From contig JBKBHB010000017.1 of NCBI GenBank assembly GCA_046297855.1, forward strand, positions 5,334 to 69,333: 64,000 nucleotides of DNA. Reading direction: 5' to 3'. Position 1 is the stretch's first letter, and each line of letters opens with the position of its first letter. Under the pieces are notes generated by a model. It was not told the origin of the DNA. It saw only the letters and a program-made list of their open reading frames with translations, and did not search any database. The position numbers and the translations under genes are program-made. Positions 20,043 through 29,239 of this stretch are shown here, one piece after another. The DNA comes from Azonexus sp. GTDB taxonomy: Bacteria; Pseudomonadota; Gammaproteobacteria; Burkholderiales; Rhodocyclaceae.

Positions 20043-21883
20043 TGCGCGCACCGCTCCCCCGGCCTGTCTGGCGCCGTCTGGCCGCTTTCGAAGCGCTGAT
20101 CGCCGGCACGGCGCTGGCCCTGATGCTGCTCATTCCGCTGCTCGAAATCGGGCTGCGGCCGTTGTTGGGCAAGGGCATCGAGAATGCGCCCGTGCTCGTC
20201 CAGCACCTCGGCCTGGTACTGGCCATGTTCGGGGCGCTGGTCGCCGAGCGGGGGCAGCACCTGAGTTCTCTCGGCGCCGGTCTGGCGGCGGCGAAGAATC
20301 CGTACCTGCGTGCCGCCACCCGGGCCTTTGCCCAGGCCAGCGCCGCCGTGCTCTGCGGCATGCTGACCCAGACCAGCTGGACCTTCGTGGCCAGCGAAAT
20401 GGCAGCGCCGCACGCCATTGCCTATGGCATCGCCGGCTGGATGGTCGAACTGGCCATGCCGGTCGGGTTCGGCCTGCTCGGCTTCCGGCTGGCCGGGCGC
20501 TTGGGCGGCCCACTGTTGCTGCGCTGGGGGTTCGGTCTGTTGTTGCCGGCGGCAGGCTTCCTGTTTGCCGGCCATTTTGACGGCGAAACCTTGCCTTTCT
20601 GGCCCTTCGCGCTTTGGTTGGCGCTCGTGCTGGTCTGCGGCGCGCCGATTTTCGCAGTGCTTGGCGGCCTGGCGCTGGCCCTGTTCTGGAGCGAAGGCCA
20701 GCCGCTGGCCGCGGTGCCGCTCAGCCATTACCAGATCACGGTCAATCCCTCGCTGCCCGCCTTGCCGCTCTTTACGCTGGCCGGCCTGCTGTTTGCCCGA
20801 AGCGGAGCGGCGGCCCGCCTTGGCGCTTTGTTCACCGCCGTGTTCGGCACAGGCGTCGGCGGCACGGCCATCGCCGCGGCGGTGCTCTGTTCTTTTTTCA
20901 CCGCCTTCACCGGCGGTAGCGGCGTGACCATCCTCGCCCTTGGCGGGCTGTTGCTGCCCTTGCTGACCAAGGCCGGCTTTCCCGAGCAGCGCGGCATCAG
21001 CCTGGTGACCAGCGCCAGCGCGCTCGGCGTGCTGCTCGCCCCGTCGGTGCCGCTGATCATGTACGCCATCATCGCGCGTGTGCCGATCAACACCATGTTC
21101 CTGGCTGGCGTACTGCCGGCGATGGTGATGGTGGTCTTCCTGCTGCTCGTCGGCGGCTACCTGCGGCGCCGCCAGCCGGTGGTGCCGGTGGAGAGGCCGG
21201 TGCCCGCGCCCGCGGCGCTATGGCCGGCGCTGCAGGCCGCGAAGTGGGAGTTGCTGGCGCCGGTGGTGGCCATCGGCTCGCTGGTCAGCGGTATCGCCAC
21301 CCCGACCGAGAGTGCTGCGCTGACCGCAGCCTACGCCGTGCTGACCCAGGCCCTGGCGCATCGCGAGCTGGACTGGGTGACCATCCGCGCGGCATTGGTC
21401 GATTGTGCCGAAGTGATCGGCGGCATCATGGTCATCCTGGGCATGGCGCTGGGCCTGACCAATTATCTGGTTGACGCCGGTATTCCCGATCTCGCCATCG
21501 AGTGGGTGAAATCGGTCCTGCCCAATCCGTTCGCCTTCCTGATCGCGCTTAACCTGTTCCTGCTGCTGGCCGGAGCGCTGATGGAGATCTATGCTGCCAT
21601 CGTCGTGCTGGTACCGCTGCTGCTGCCGGTGGCGCTGAGCTACGGTATCGACCCGGTGCATTTTGGCGTGATTTTCCTGGCCAATATCGAGATGGGTTTT
21701 CTGTGCCCGCCGGCCGGCATGAACATCTATTTCGCCTCGGCCATGTTCGCCAAGTCGATCCGCTATGTCGCGCTGTCGGTGCTGCCGGCTGTGCTGGCCA
21801 TGCTGCTCGGGGCGCTGACCATATCGCTGCTGCCCTTTCTGGCTACCTGGCTGCCGGGCCTGTTCGGGCTTGCCGCCGTTTAG
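20042..21883 (+). CDS. dctM: Fused TRAP permease DctQ-DctM
   Basis: ATG overlaps the dctP stop. N-terminal Q-like helices, then DctM motifs (LPLFTLAG, FTGGSG, ATPTESA, GIDPVHFG, PPAGMN). Confidence 0.9.
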   Translation: MRAPLPRPVWRRLAAFEALIAGTALALMLLIPLLEIGLRPLLGKGIENAPVLVQHLGLVLAMFGALVAERGQHLSSLGAGLAAAKNPYLRAATRAFAQASAAVLCGMLTQTSWTFVASEMAAPHAIAYGIAGWMVELAMPVGFGLLGFRLAGRLGGPLLLRWGFGLLLPAAGFLFAGHFDGETLPFWPFALWLALVLVCGAPIFAVLGGLALALFWSEGQPLAAVPLSHYQITVNPSLPALPLFTLAGLLFARSGAAARLGALFTAVFGTGVGGTAIAAAVLCSFFTAFTGGSGVTILALGGLLLPLLTKAGFPEQRGISLVTSASALGVLLAPSVPLIMYAIIARVPINTMFLAGVLPAMVMVVFLLLVGGYLRRRQPVVPVERPVPAPAALWPALQAAKWELLAPVVAIGSLVSGIATPTESAALTAAYAVLTQALAHRELDWVTIRAALVDCAEVIGGIMVILGMALGLTNYLVDAGIPDLAIEWVKSVLPNPFAFLIALNLFLLLAGALMEIYAAIVVLVPLLLPVALSYGIDPVHFGVIFLANIEMGFLCPPAGMNIYFASAMFAKSIRYVALSVLPAVLAMLLGALTISLLPFLATWLPGLFGLAAV

Positions 21884-22506
21884 CGGACGCCGAGACGGGC
21901 ATCGTCGAGACGGCGAATGTCGTCGTCCGGCCGTATCTCGAACAGATTGACTACCTTGCGGACGCCGGCGGTGGTCCGGGCGATGTCGATGGCGGCCCGG
22001 GCCTCCCGCTCGCTGACGATGCCCATCAGGAAAACCACGCCGGATTCCGTCACCGGCTTGACGTGGTTGCTGGCCACCTGGTCGGTATCGAGCAGGCGCG
22101 CCTTTACTTTCGACGAGATGAACACGTCATTGCTGCGCGTACCGAAGGGGGCAGGGGGGGCGATCCGCAGCTCGTTGTGCACCTGCTGGATGCCTTCGAT
22201 GCCGGCGGCCAGTTGTCCGACCGCCTCGCGGCTGGCTTCGTCCGGCACCTCGCCGGAGATCAGCAGCCGCCGGTTGAAGGCCGTGAAATTGATGTTGGCC
22301 CATTCGGCCAGCGCTGACGGCACGCGGTTGCGTCCCTTCCATTCCGCCGTTTCGTCGTCGGCCTGGGTGCCGGTCGAGCGGCGGTCGTGATAGCTGATCG
22401 CGGCGCCGGCGGCTCCGCCAACGAGAAGGGCCGGTACGCAGGCGCCGAGCAGCGGGGCGGCGAGCGCGAAAGCGACGAGGCAGCGGCGGGAAGGCAAAGG
22501 GGGCAT
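21880..22506 (-). CDS. Dual-BON domain lipoprotein (YraP/DolP-like)
   Basis: Lipobox LGAC, DRRSTGTQADD motif, two BON domains (LISGEV; VFLMG.V). Confidence 0.85.
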   Translation of the reverse strand: MPPLPSRRCLVAFALAAPLLGACVPALLVGGAAGAAISYHDRRSTGTQADDETAEWKGRNRVPSALAEWANINFTAFNRRLLISGEVPDEASREAVGQLAAGIEGIQQVHNELRIAPPAPFGTRSNDVFISSKVKARLLDTDQVASNHVKPVTESGVVFLMGIVSEREARAAIDIARTTAGVRKVVNLFEIRPDDDIRRLDDARLGVR

Positions 22507-22652
22507 GGTGACGAACCGGCAAGGAGGCAGACAGCCGATAGCTTCGGCCAGCCAGTTGTCAATTCGATGACAGGGTGGTCGCGGTAGCCCCTTGCCCGGA
22601 CTGTCATGCGGGTTTCACGGGCGGGAAACATGCAGCCGGCAAAGTTCGGTAC

Positions 22653-24119
22653 ATGGAAGCAAGCACCACTCTTCGCATGGCGCCCGGCCGGCAGGCCGGT
22701 TGGCCGGGTTTGCTCGGGCTGGCGGCGCTGGTGTTCGTCTGGCGCTTGCTGGCCATCGGGCAATCCGGGGCCAGCCTGTATGTGGACGAGGCACAGTACT
22801 GGCTCTGGTCAGAAGCGCTGGACTGGGGATATTTCTCCAAGCCGCCCGGCATTGCACTCCTCATCCGGCTGTCTACGACGCTGTTCGGCGATGGCCTGCT
22901 CGGTGTCAAGGCGCTTGCCCTGCTCTGTTACCCGGCGGCGGCGCTGCTCGTCTGGCTGATCGCCTGCCGGCTGTACGACGCCGTGGTGGGCGGGTGGGCG
23001 GCGCTGATTGTGCTGACCCTGCCGATCTATGCCTGGCTCGGCTTGTTTGTCTCGACCGACGCGCCGCTGACAGTGCTCTGGCTGGCGGCCCTGTGGTTTT
23101 ACCTGGAAGCCGTCGAGGCCGGTCGCTGGCGTGACTGGCTGGCGCTGGGCGTGGTATGCGGCCTCGGTTTGCTGACCAAATATACGATGCTGCTCTTCAT
23201 CGTCGCTGCCGGCCTGCATCTGCTGGCCTTTCACCGCGAGCGCCTGGCCACGGCCCGGCCCTGGGTGGCGCTGGGCGTCGCGCTGTTGTTGCTGGCCCCC
23301 AATCTGGCGTGGAACCTGGCGCATGATTGGCCGACCCTGCGGCATACGGCCGACATCACGCTGCATCGGCAGGCCAGCGAGCGCTGGGCGGCATTGGGCG
23401 GCTTTCTCGTCGTGCAGGTGCTGGCGTTCGGTCCGCTGTTCGGTCTGGCCGTCCTGCCGGGCATCGCCCAGGGATGGCGGGAAAGGGCCGCCGGTTTGCT
23501 GCTCTGGTTCTCCATCCCGTTGTGGCTGGTGGTTTCGTCGCAGGCCTTGCATGGCGGCGCCAATGCCAACTGGGCGGCGCCGGCCTTTGCCCCACTGGCC
23601 ATCGTCCTGGCAGCGTGGCTGACGGCCGGCCGGCGCGGCTGGCTGATCGCCGGCCTCACGCTGAATGTCATGCTGGCCGCGCTGGCCTATCATGCTCCGG
23701 CGCTGCTCGCCGCGAGCGGCGTGGCCAACCCGGCGCGCTACAACCCTTTCGTCCGGGCGACCGGCTGGCACGAACTGGCCGAGCAACTGCGCCCCATCGT
23801 CCGGGCCCATCCCGATGCGGTCCTGCTCGCCGATAACCGGACGGTACTTGCCCATATGCGCTACGAGTTGCGCGACCTCCGGCCGACGGTGGTGAGCTGG
23901 AATCCGCGCCGCGAGGCGAGCGATCATTTCCGGCTGACTACCGATCTCGGTCGTCATGTCGGAAGCGACGCGTTATACCTTGGTGACCAGGCGCCGGATG
24001 CGGCCATGCTCGGCCGTTTTGCCGGTAGCCGCCCCCTGGCGACCTTGCGCGCCGAACTGGACTCCAACCTGTCGCGCCGGATTGAGGTGCATCTGCTCCA
24101 TGCTTTCCAGGGCTACTGA
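22653..24119 (+). CDS. GT83/ArnT-like (PMT_2) glycosyltransferase
   Basis: DEAQY..WS..LDWGYFSKPP, TD.PL, GLLTKY and LAPNL.WN motifs. Likely start ATG 22653. Confidence 0.88.
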   Translation: MEASTTLRMAPGRQAGWPGLLGLAALVFVWRLLAIGQSGASLYVDEAQYWLWSEALDWGYFSKPPGIALLIRLSTTLFGDGLLGVKALALLCYPAAALLVWLIACRLYDAVVGGWAALIVLTLPIYAWLGLFVSTDAPLTVLWLAALWFYLEAVEAGRWRDWLALGVVCGLGLLTKYTMLLFIVAAGLHLLAFHRERLATARPWVALGVALLLLAPNLAWNLAHDWPTLRHTADITLHRQASERWAALGGFLVVQVLAFGPLFGLAVLPGIAQGWRERAAGLLLWFSIPLWLVVSSQALHGGANANWAAPAFAPLAIVLAAWLTAGRRGWLIAGLTLNVMLAALAYHAPALLAASGVANPARYNPFVRATGWHELAEQLRPIVRAHPDAVLLADNRTVLAHMRYELRDLRPTVVSWNPRREASDHFRLTTDLGRHVGSDALYLGDQAPDAAMLGRFAGSRPLATLRAELDSNLSRRIEVHLLHAFQGY

Positions 24120-24858
24120 GCGCCGCCTGGTGCTGTCGACCTTCGCCGTGCTGGCCGTCGTCTTTGTGGCGTGGCCGGAAATCGATCTGGCCGTGGCTGC
24201 CCGCTTTTACCAGAACGACTGGGCCTGGTTACTGCCGCGCGAAAGCCCGCTGATTGCCTGGCCCTATCAGGCCGTGCCGGTCGTCGGGCGACTGCTGCTC
24301 GGGGTGCTGCTGTTGCTTGGCCTGGCAAGCGGCTTGCCTTCCTGCCGCGTGCTCCGGCCGCAACGCCTGCTGTTCGCCTTCTTCCTCGCGGGGGCGCTGG
24401 CCGGCCCGGTGCTGCTGGTGGATGCCGGCCTGAAAAACCATCTCGGCCGGGCCCGCCCGGCGCAGATCGAAGCATTTGGCGGCAGCCAGCAATTTACACC
24501 GGCTTTCGTGCCGAGCCGGCAATGTGCGCGCAATTGTTCATTCGTCAGCGGCCATGTGGCCACGACGGCCTTTGTCGTGATGATGTTCGGCTGGCTGGGG
24601 TCGCCGCGCCTCCGGCAGCGCTGGCTGCTGGCCAGTCTGGGGGCCGCGGCCGGCATGAGTCTGGTGCGCATGGCGACGGGCGGGCATTTCCTGTCCGACT
24701 GCCTGTTTGCCTGGTTTGCCGCCTATTTTGGCCTTGACCTGGCGGAGTGGCTTTTTGCCCGGATTGCCTGGCTCGGCAGGGCGCGTCAGGCTTTTGTCGA
24801 AGCCGCCCGGGTCGCCGCCGAATACTGCAGGCTGGCTCCGCGGCTGGCCGGCCGCTGA
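24100..24858 (+). CDS. PAP2 family phosphatase (lipid A/undecaprenyl-PP phosphatase-like)
   Basis: K...GRARP, SFVSGH and RM..GGHFLSD catalytic motifs. Likely start ATG 24100. Confidence 0.88.
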   Translation: MLSRATERRLVLSTFAVLAVVFVAWPEIDLAVAARFYQNDWAWLLPRESPLIAWPYQAVPVVGRLLLGVLLLLGLASGLPSCRVLRPQRLLFAFFLAGALAGPVLLVDAGLKNHLGRARPAQIEAFGGSQQFTPAFVPSRQCARNCSFVSGHVATTAFVVMMFGWLGSPRLRQRWLLASLGAAAGMSLVRMATGGHFLSDCLFAWFAAYFGLDLAEWLFARIAWLGRARQAFVEAARVAAEYCRLAPRLAGR

Positions 24859-24905
24859 GCGAGGAAGCCGCTGTGTTTTTTCATTCAACCAACCTGAGAA
24901 GCAGC

Positions 24906-25280
24906 ATGATTTTTTGCGAACTGTTTTCCCATAATCCCAGCATCATCACCGTGCCGGCCGGCCAGCCGCTGTTCAGCGAGGGCGAACCCGGACACCTGAT
25001 GTACGTGTTGTCGATCGGTACGGCCGAGGTCATCGTCAATAACCGGGTGGTCGAAATCCTGCGCCATGGCAGCGTGGTCGGCGAAATGGGCATTGTTTCG
25101 CCCGGCCCGCGTTCGGCTACCGTGATTGCCACCGAGGATTGCGAATTTGTCGCGATCGACGAAAAACGCTTTCAGTTCCTCGTCCAGCAGACGCCATTTT
25201 TTGCGTTGCAGATCATGCGTCTGATGGCCGAGCGCCTGCGCCAAACCAACCGGATGGTGCCGGTGATCGAGGATATCTGA
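24906..25280 (+). CDS. Stand-alone cyclic-nucleotide-binding domain protein
   Basis: GQPLFSEGEPG..MYV..G and GEMGIV..GPRSATV motifs; no HTH domain. Confidence 0.88.
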   Translation: MIFCELFSHNPSIITVPAGQPLFSEGEPGHLMYVLSIGTAEVIVNNRVVEILRHGSVVGEMGIVSPGPRSATVIATEDCEFVAIDEKRFQFLVQQTPFFALQIMRLMAERLRQTNRMVPVIEDI

Positions 25281-25301
25281 GTTCCGGACAACATCCCGGA
25301 C

Positions 25302-25326
25302 AAAAAAAGAGGCGGTTGCCCGCCTC
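25302..25326 (-). terminator. Rho-independent terminator after usp
   Basis: Stem GAGGCGG/CCGCCTC (25309-25326) followed by U7 on the minus strand. Confidence 0.75.
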
Positions 25327-25358
25327 AAAGAGATTTCCGCCACGAGGGAACGTGGTGG

Positions 25359-25853
25359 TCAGACAACGGGGGCGCCATCTTCCCGGACCAGGGTGACCGG
25401 AACGGCGCAGGGGCGCTGGAGCAGCTTGCGGGCCAGCCCGGTCGGGAAGCGGCCAAGCCAGAGCGTGGCCGGCACGACGATTTCGGTGCACGCGAGCTCT
25501 TCGGCCAGATCGACGATGCCGGCCACTGTCTCGGCTTCGCGGAAGAAACTGCGCGAGGCGAGTCCGGCGGCCTGGAGACGGGCGGCGGCTTCGTCGAGAA
25601 AGACGGCCGAGCGTTGCTGGAAATGCCGGCGGACTTCTTCTTCGGTGTAGAAGCGCAACACTTCCCAGTTGTGCACCGGTTCGGCGACGAACAGCAGGCA
25701 AATTTCGGGCGGCGAGCCGGTCTGTGCCAGGCGACAGGCGTAGTTCAGCGCCCAGCGCGAAGCCTCGGTGGCGTCGATCGGAATCAGCAGGCGGCGAGGG
25801 GTGCCGGGGGAGGTGGCTGGGGACAGGTGTTTCATTTCGGCGAAATTTCCCAT
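25359..25853 (-). CDS. Universal stress protein
   Basis: LLIPID.TE.SR.AL.YA N-terminal motif; IVDLAEE..CTEIV; PVTLV C-terminus. Confidence 0.85.
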   Translation of the reverse strand: MGNFAEMKHLSPATSPGTPRRLLIPIDATEASRWALNYACRLAQTGSPPEICLLFVAEPVHNWEVLRFYTEEEVRRHFQQRSAVFLDEAAARLQAAGLASRSFFREAETVAGIVDLAEELACTEIVVPATLWLGRFPTGLARKLLQRPCAVPVTLVREDGAPVV

Positions 25854-25854
25854 G

Positions 25855-26226
25855 TCACTTCCTTTCGTCGGGATCGTCGGAGCGGCCTTCCCGTCCGGAA
25901 CGGGCTTCGCTGTCGATAACCCGACGAATCCGGCGCAGGAAGAAAGGGCCGGCCATCAGAAACAGCAGGGGCAGAGCGACCGGCAGTTGCGTCAGAAAGA
26001 CGATGGCGGCCGGGCTGTTGCTGCCGCTGGCCGGACGCAGCAGCCAGGTGGTCAGGACCACGGCGGCGACGATGCCGATCCGTTCGATGCGATCGAAATC
26101 GGCGCAGCGGACCTTCTCCATCACCGCCGGCCACTTGCCGACCGGCCAGGCCCGCAGGCGCGGGAAAATCTGGACCAGCAGCCACTGCAGGTAGGGTGAG
26201 CGAAGGATCAGGCTGGGCCGGGGCAT
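25855..26226 (-). CDS. Hypothetical membrane protein
   Basis: TGATG coupling to the upstream antiporter; two TM helices. Confidence 0.7.
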   Translation of the reverse strand: MPRPSLILRSPYLQWLLVQIFPRLRAWPVGKWPAVMEKVRCADFDRIERIGIVAAVVLTTWLLRPASGSNSPAAIVFLTQLPVALPLLFLMAGPFFLRRIRRVIDSEARSGREGRSDDPDERK

Positions 26227-27494
26227 CACAGGGCGAGGAAGGCGAAGATGGCGACGCAGGTGGGCGGCAAGGCAGCCAGGAATAGGCCGAGCGGGCTGAC
26301 CGACTGGTCGTCGAAGCTCGATTTGAGAATCGCCACACCGGCCGGGTTGGGCGCATTGGCGATGATGGTCAGGCCGCCGCCGGTGACAGCGCCGGCCACG
26401 ATGGCGTACTTGAAGTCGCCCGAGACGCCTTCAACCAGCGAGGCCAGATAGGTCAGCGCCGCGTTGTCGGTCACGGCGGTCAGCGCGGTGGCCAGGAAGT
26501 AGAGGACGGTCGGTTCGACGCCGGTGAGCGCGCTTTGCAGCCACCATTGCTGCAGGCCACCGAGGACGACCAGGCCGGCCAGGAAGAAGGCGACGAGCAG
26601 CCCTTCGCGCAGGATCAGGCGGTCCTGGTATTTCTTGTAGGCTTCGGTGTAGCCGAGGAAGAACAGGAAGAGGCCCATGAAGACGACGGCGTGGTGGGCG
26701 AAAATGACGACGCCGACGAGGAAGGCAAGGTGGATGCCGGCGACGGTGCGCGGCACGGCGGTGCCGTTGGCCGCGCCGTTCGGCTTGCCCTTGGCCGCCA
26801 GTTCGCGGCGGAAGAACCAGGTCAGCACGGCGGCGTTGGTGAACACGGCGAAGGCTGCCTTCCAGCCGAAGTGGGAAAGCATGTAGAGGGTGTCCCACTG
26901 CCATTTGGCGGCAACCATCAGGACCGGCGGTGCAGCGAAGTTGGTCAGCGTGCCGCCGATCGAGATGTTCACGAAGAGCAGGCCGATGGTGGCGTATTTG
27001 AGGCGGTTGGAAATCGGCTGGCTGAAGAAGCTGTCGCGCAGCATCAGGGCGGCCAGGGTCATGGCCGCGGGCTCGGTGATGAAGGAGCCGAGCAGCGGGA
27101 CGAGGGACAGGCAAAGGAAATAGACCGCGACGGCGCGCTGGATGGGGATCATCGCGGCGATCAGGCGAACGGTGCTCATTACTGTTTCGAGGATCGGTCG
27201 GCTGGCGGCGATGACCATGATCACGAAGACGAACATCGGCTCGGTAAAATTGCGCGCTTCCAGGTAATGCACTGCGGCATCCTTGCCGGACAGGGAGAAC
27301 AGCGCGGCAATCAGGACGAAGGCCCAGAAGCCGAACACCACCTCGACTTCGGCCAGCAGATGCCACAAGCCGGCGTGGCGCGGCTGGACATGGGCGAGGT
27401 GGGCGAAAAACTTGGTCGAAAAGGTATGCAGGACGGCGATGCCAAATATGGCGGCGGCGACGATTTCCGGTGTGGAGACAGCTGAAATGGACAT
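26226..27494 (-). CDS. Putative Na+/H+ antiporter (DUF1504 / Na_H_antiport_3 family)
   Basis: HLL.EVEVVFG.W, TEP.FVFVIM, SFITEPAAMT, TDNAALTY and GGGLT.IANAPNPAG motifs. Likely start ATG 27494. Confidence 0.85.
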   Translation of the reverse strand: MSISAVSTPEIVAAAIFGIAVLHTFSTKFFAHLAHVQPRHAGLWHLLAEVEVVFGFWAFVLIAALFSLSGKDAAVHYLEARNFTEPMFVFVIMVIAASRPILETVMSTVRLIAAMIPIQRAVAVYFLCLSLVPLLGSFITEPAAMTLAALMLRDSFFSQPISNRLKYATIGLLFVNISIGGTLTNFAAPPVLMVAAKWQWDTLYMLSHFGWKAAFAVFTNAAVLTWFFRRELAAKGKPNGAANGTAVPRTVAGIHLAFLVGVVIFAHHAVVFMGLFLFFLGYTEAYKKYQDRLILREGLLVAFFLAGLVVLGGLQQWWLQSALTGVEPTVLYFLATALTAVTDNAALTYLASLVEGVSGDFKYAIVAGAVTGGGLTIIANAPNPAGVAILKSSFDDQSVSPLGLFLAALPPTCVAIFAFLAL

Positions 27495-27562
27495 GATGGT
27501 ATGCACAGGGACGATGCGCCCGACTATAGCCCTCCGCCTCCGCGCCGATAATTCGGGCAGCG

Positions 27563-27581
27563 CGTACGGAAATCCCGTACG
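27563..27581. promoter_or_regulatory. Palindrome CGTACGG-N5-CCGTACG in a divergent promoter region
   Basis: Perfect 7-bp inverted repeat between the antiporter and the sensor kinase; a TACAGT -10-like hexamer at 27616-27621. Confidence 0.4.
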
Positions 27582-27676
27582 GCCTTCCCCTATCCGGCCC
27601 CGGGGGGGCTTGGGGTACAGTGCGTCCTGCACGGTTCGCTCCTGCGCGCCGTGACGGCTCCGGAACTGCCCGCAAC

Positions 27677-29239
27677 GTGAATACGCTGTCGCTCAACCTC
27701 GCTTTCGCTGTGCTCTACATCGCTCTCGATGTGTCGAGCTTCATCCACCCGTTGCACGGGCTCAACATCACGCCCTGGAACCCGGCGCCGGCCCTCGGGC
27801 TGGTCTTCATGCTGCGCCGCGGCCGGGCTGCCTGGTGGCCTGTGCTTGGCACCGTGCTGCTCAGCGAACTGCTGGTTCGCGGCATCCCGCAGGCCTGGTG
27901 GGCCAGCCTGCTGTCGGCGGCCATCCTGGCCGGCGGCTATATCGCGCTGGGCGAATACCTGCGCCGCCGGCTGCTATCGACTTCGCTGCTGGACGACCGT
28001 GTGGCGCTGATCGCGTGGATTCTGCCGGTTGCCGGCGGCACCTTGCTGGTCAGCATCATTTATCTGAGCAGCCTGCAGCTGCTCGGCCTGCTGCCGGCCG
28101 ACGGCTGGCGAACCGGGGTCGTCCAGTTCTGGGTGGGCGATAGTGTCGGCATCACGGTGGCGATGCCGCTTTTCTGGTGGCTGAGCAGCGAGCGCGGCCG
28201 CTTGTTGCTGCGCACCGCCGCCCTGCGCTGGGAAACCCTGGGTTACGTCGCTGCCAGCCTGCTGGCCGTGTGGGTTGCTTTCGATTTCGGCGGTGGCAGC
28301 GGCTTCAAATTCTTCTACCTGCTCTTCCTGCCGCTGATCTGGGCTTCGGCCCGGCAGGGCATGGCCGGTGCGATCCTCGCCGCTTCGCTGCTGCAGATCG
28401 AGGTGATCATCGCCGTCCAGGTGCTGAGTTACAACGTGGTGACCATTGCCGAGCTGCAAATGCTGTCGCTGGCCATGGCCCTGATCGGCTTTTTCGTGGG
28501 CAGCGTGGTGGACGAGCAGCGGCGGACCAGTGACGAACTGAAGCAGACGCTGCGTCTCGCGGCGGCGGGAGAAATGGCCGGCGCGCTGGCCCACGAGCTG
28601 AACCAGCCGCTGACTGCGCTGGCGGCTTACGGTTCGGCCTGCGAACGACTGCTCGAGCGCGGCGAACAGGGCGAGCGCCTGCATGCCGCCATCCACGGCA
28701 TGCTGGTCGAGTCGGCTCGGGCCGGCGAGGTGGTTCGCCGGCTACGCGACTTTTTCCGGACCGGCGCAACCAAGCTGGAAGCCGCCCGGCTACCGGAAAT
28801 CGTCGACCAGGCCGCCCGCCATTATCAGGCGCGGGCGGCGCAACGCGGCATCGAATTCACGATCGGCACGATGCCTGACGTCAGCCTGCTGGCCGACCGC
28901 CTGCAACTCGAAGTGGTGTTGCGCAATCTGCTGGCCAACGCCTTCGATGCGGTCGATCAGCCCGACTGTGCGCAACGCGCGGTCAGCCTGCGGGGTGAAA
29001 TCCTGCCCGGGGCGCGCGTCTGCCTCGTCGTGACCGACTCCGGCCGGGGGCTTTCCGAAAAGGTCGCCGGCACACTGTTCGAGCCCTTCAATTCATCCAA
29101 GTCGAGTGGCCTGGGCCTCGGGCTGGTGATCAGCCGCGCCATCGTCGAAACCCATGGCGGCACGCTGTGGGGCGAGGTGGCCGAGCATGGCATCTTCAAG
29201 ATCGTTCTGCCGATTCAGGAATCCATGAACCATGTCTGA
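27677..29239 (+). CDS. MASE1-domain sensor histidine kinase
   Basis: About 8 N-terminal TM helices (MASE1), H-box LAHELNQPL, N/G boxes (RNLLANA, DSGRG, GLGLGL). GTG start 27677. Confidence 0.9.
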   Translation: MNTLSLNLAFAVLYIALDVSSFIHPLHGLNITPWNPAPALGLVFMLRRGRAAWWPVLGTVLLSELLVRGIPQAWWASLLSAAILAGGYIALGEYLRRRLLSTSLLDDRVALIAWILPVAGGTLLVSIIYLSSLQLLGLLPADGWRTGVVQFWVGDSVGITVAMPLFWWLSSERGRLLLRTAALRWETLGYVAASLLAVWVAFDFGGGSGFKFFYLLFLPLIWASARQGMAGAILAASLLQIEVIIAVQVLSYNVVTIAELQMLSLAMALIGFFVGSVVDEQRRTSDELKQTLRLAAAGEMAGALAHELNQPLTALAAYGSACERLLERGEQGERLHAAIHGMLVESARAGEVVRRLRDFFRTGATKLEAARLPEIVDQAARHYQARAAQRGIEFTIGTMPDVSLLADRLQLEVVLRNLLANAFDAVDQPDCAQRAVSLRGEILPGARVCLVVTDSGRGLSEKVAGTLFEPFNSSKSSGLGLGLVISRAIVETHGGTLWGEVAEHGIFKIVLPIQESMNHV

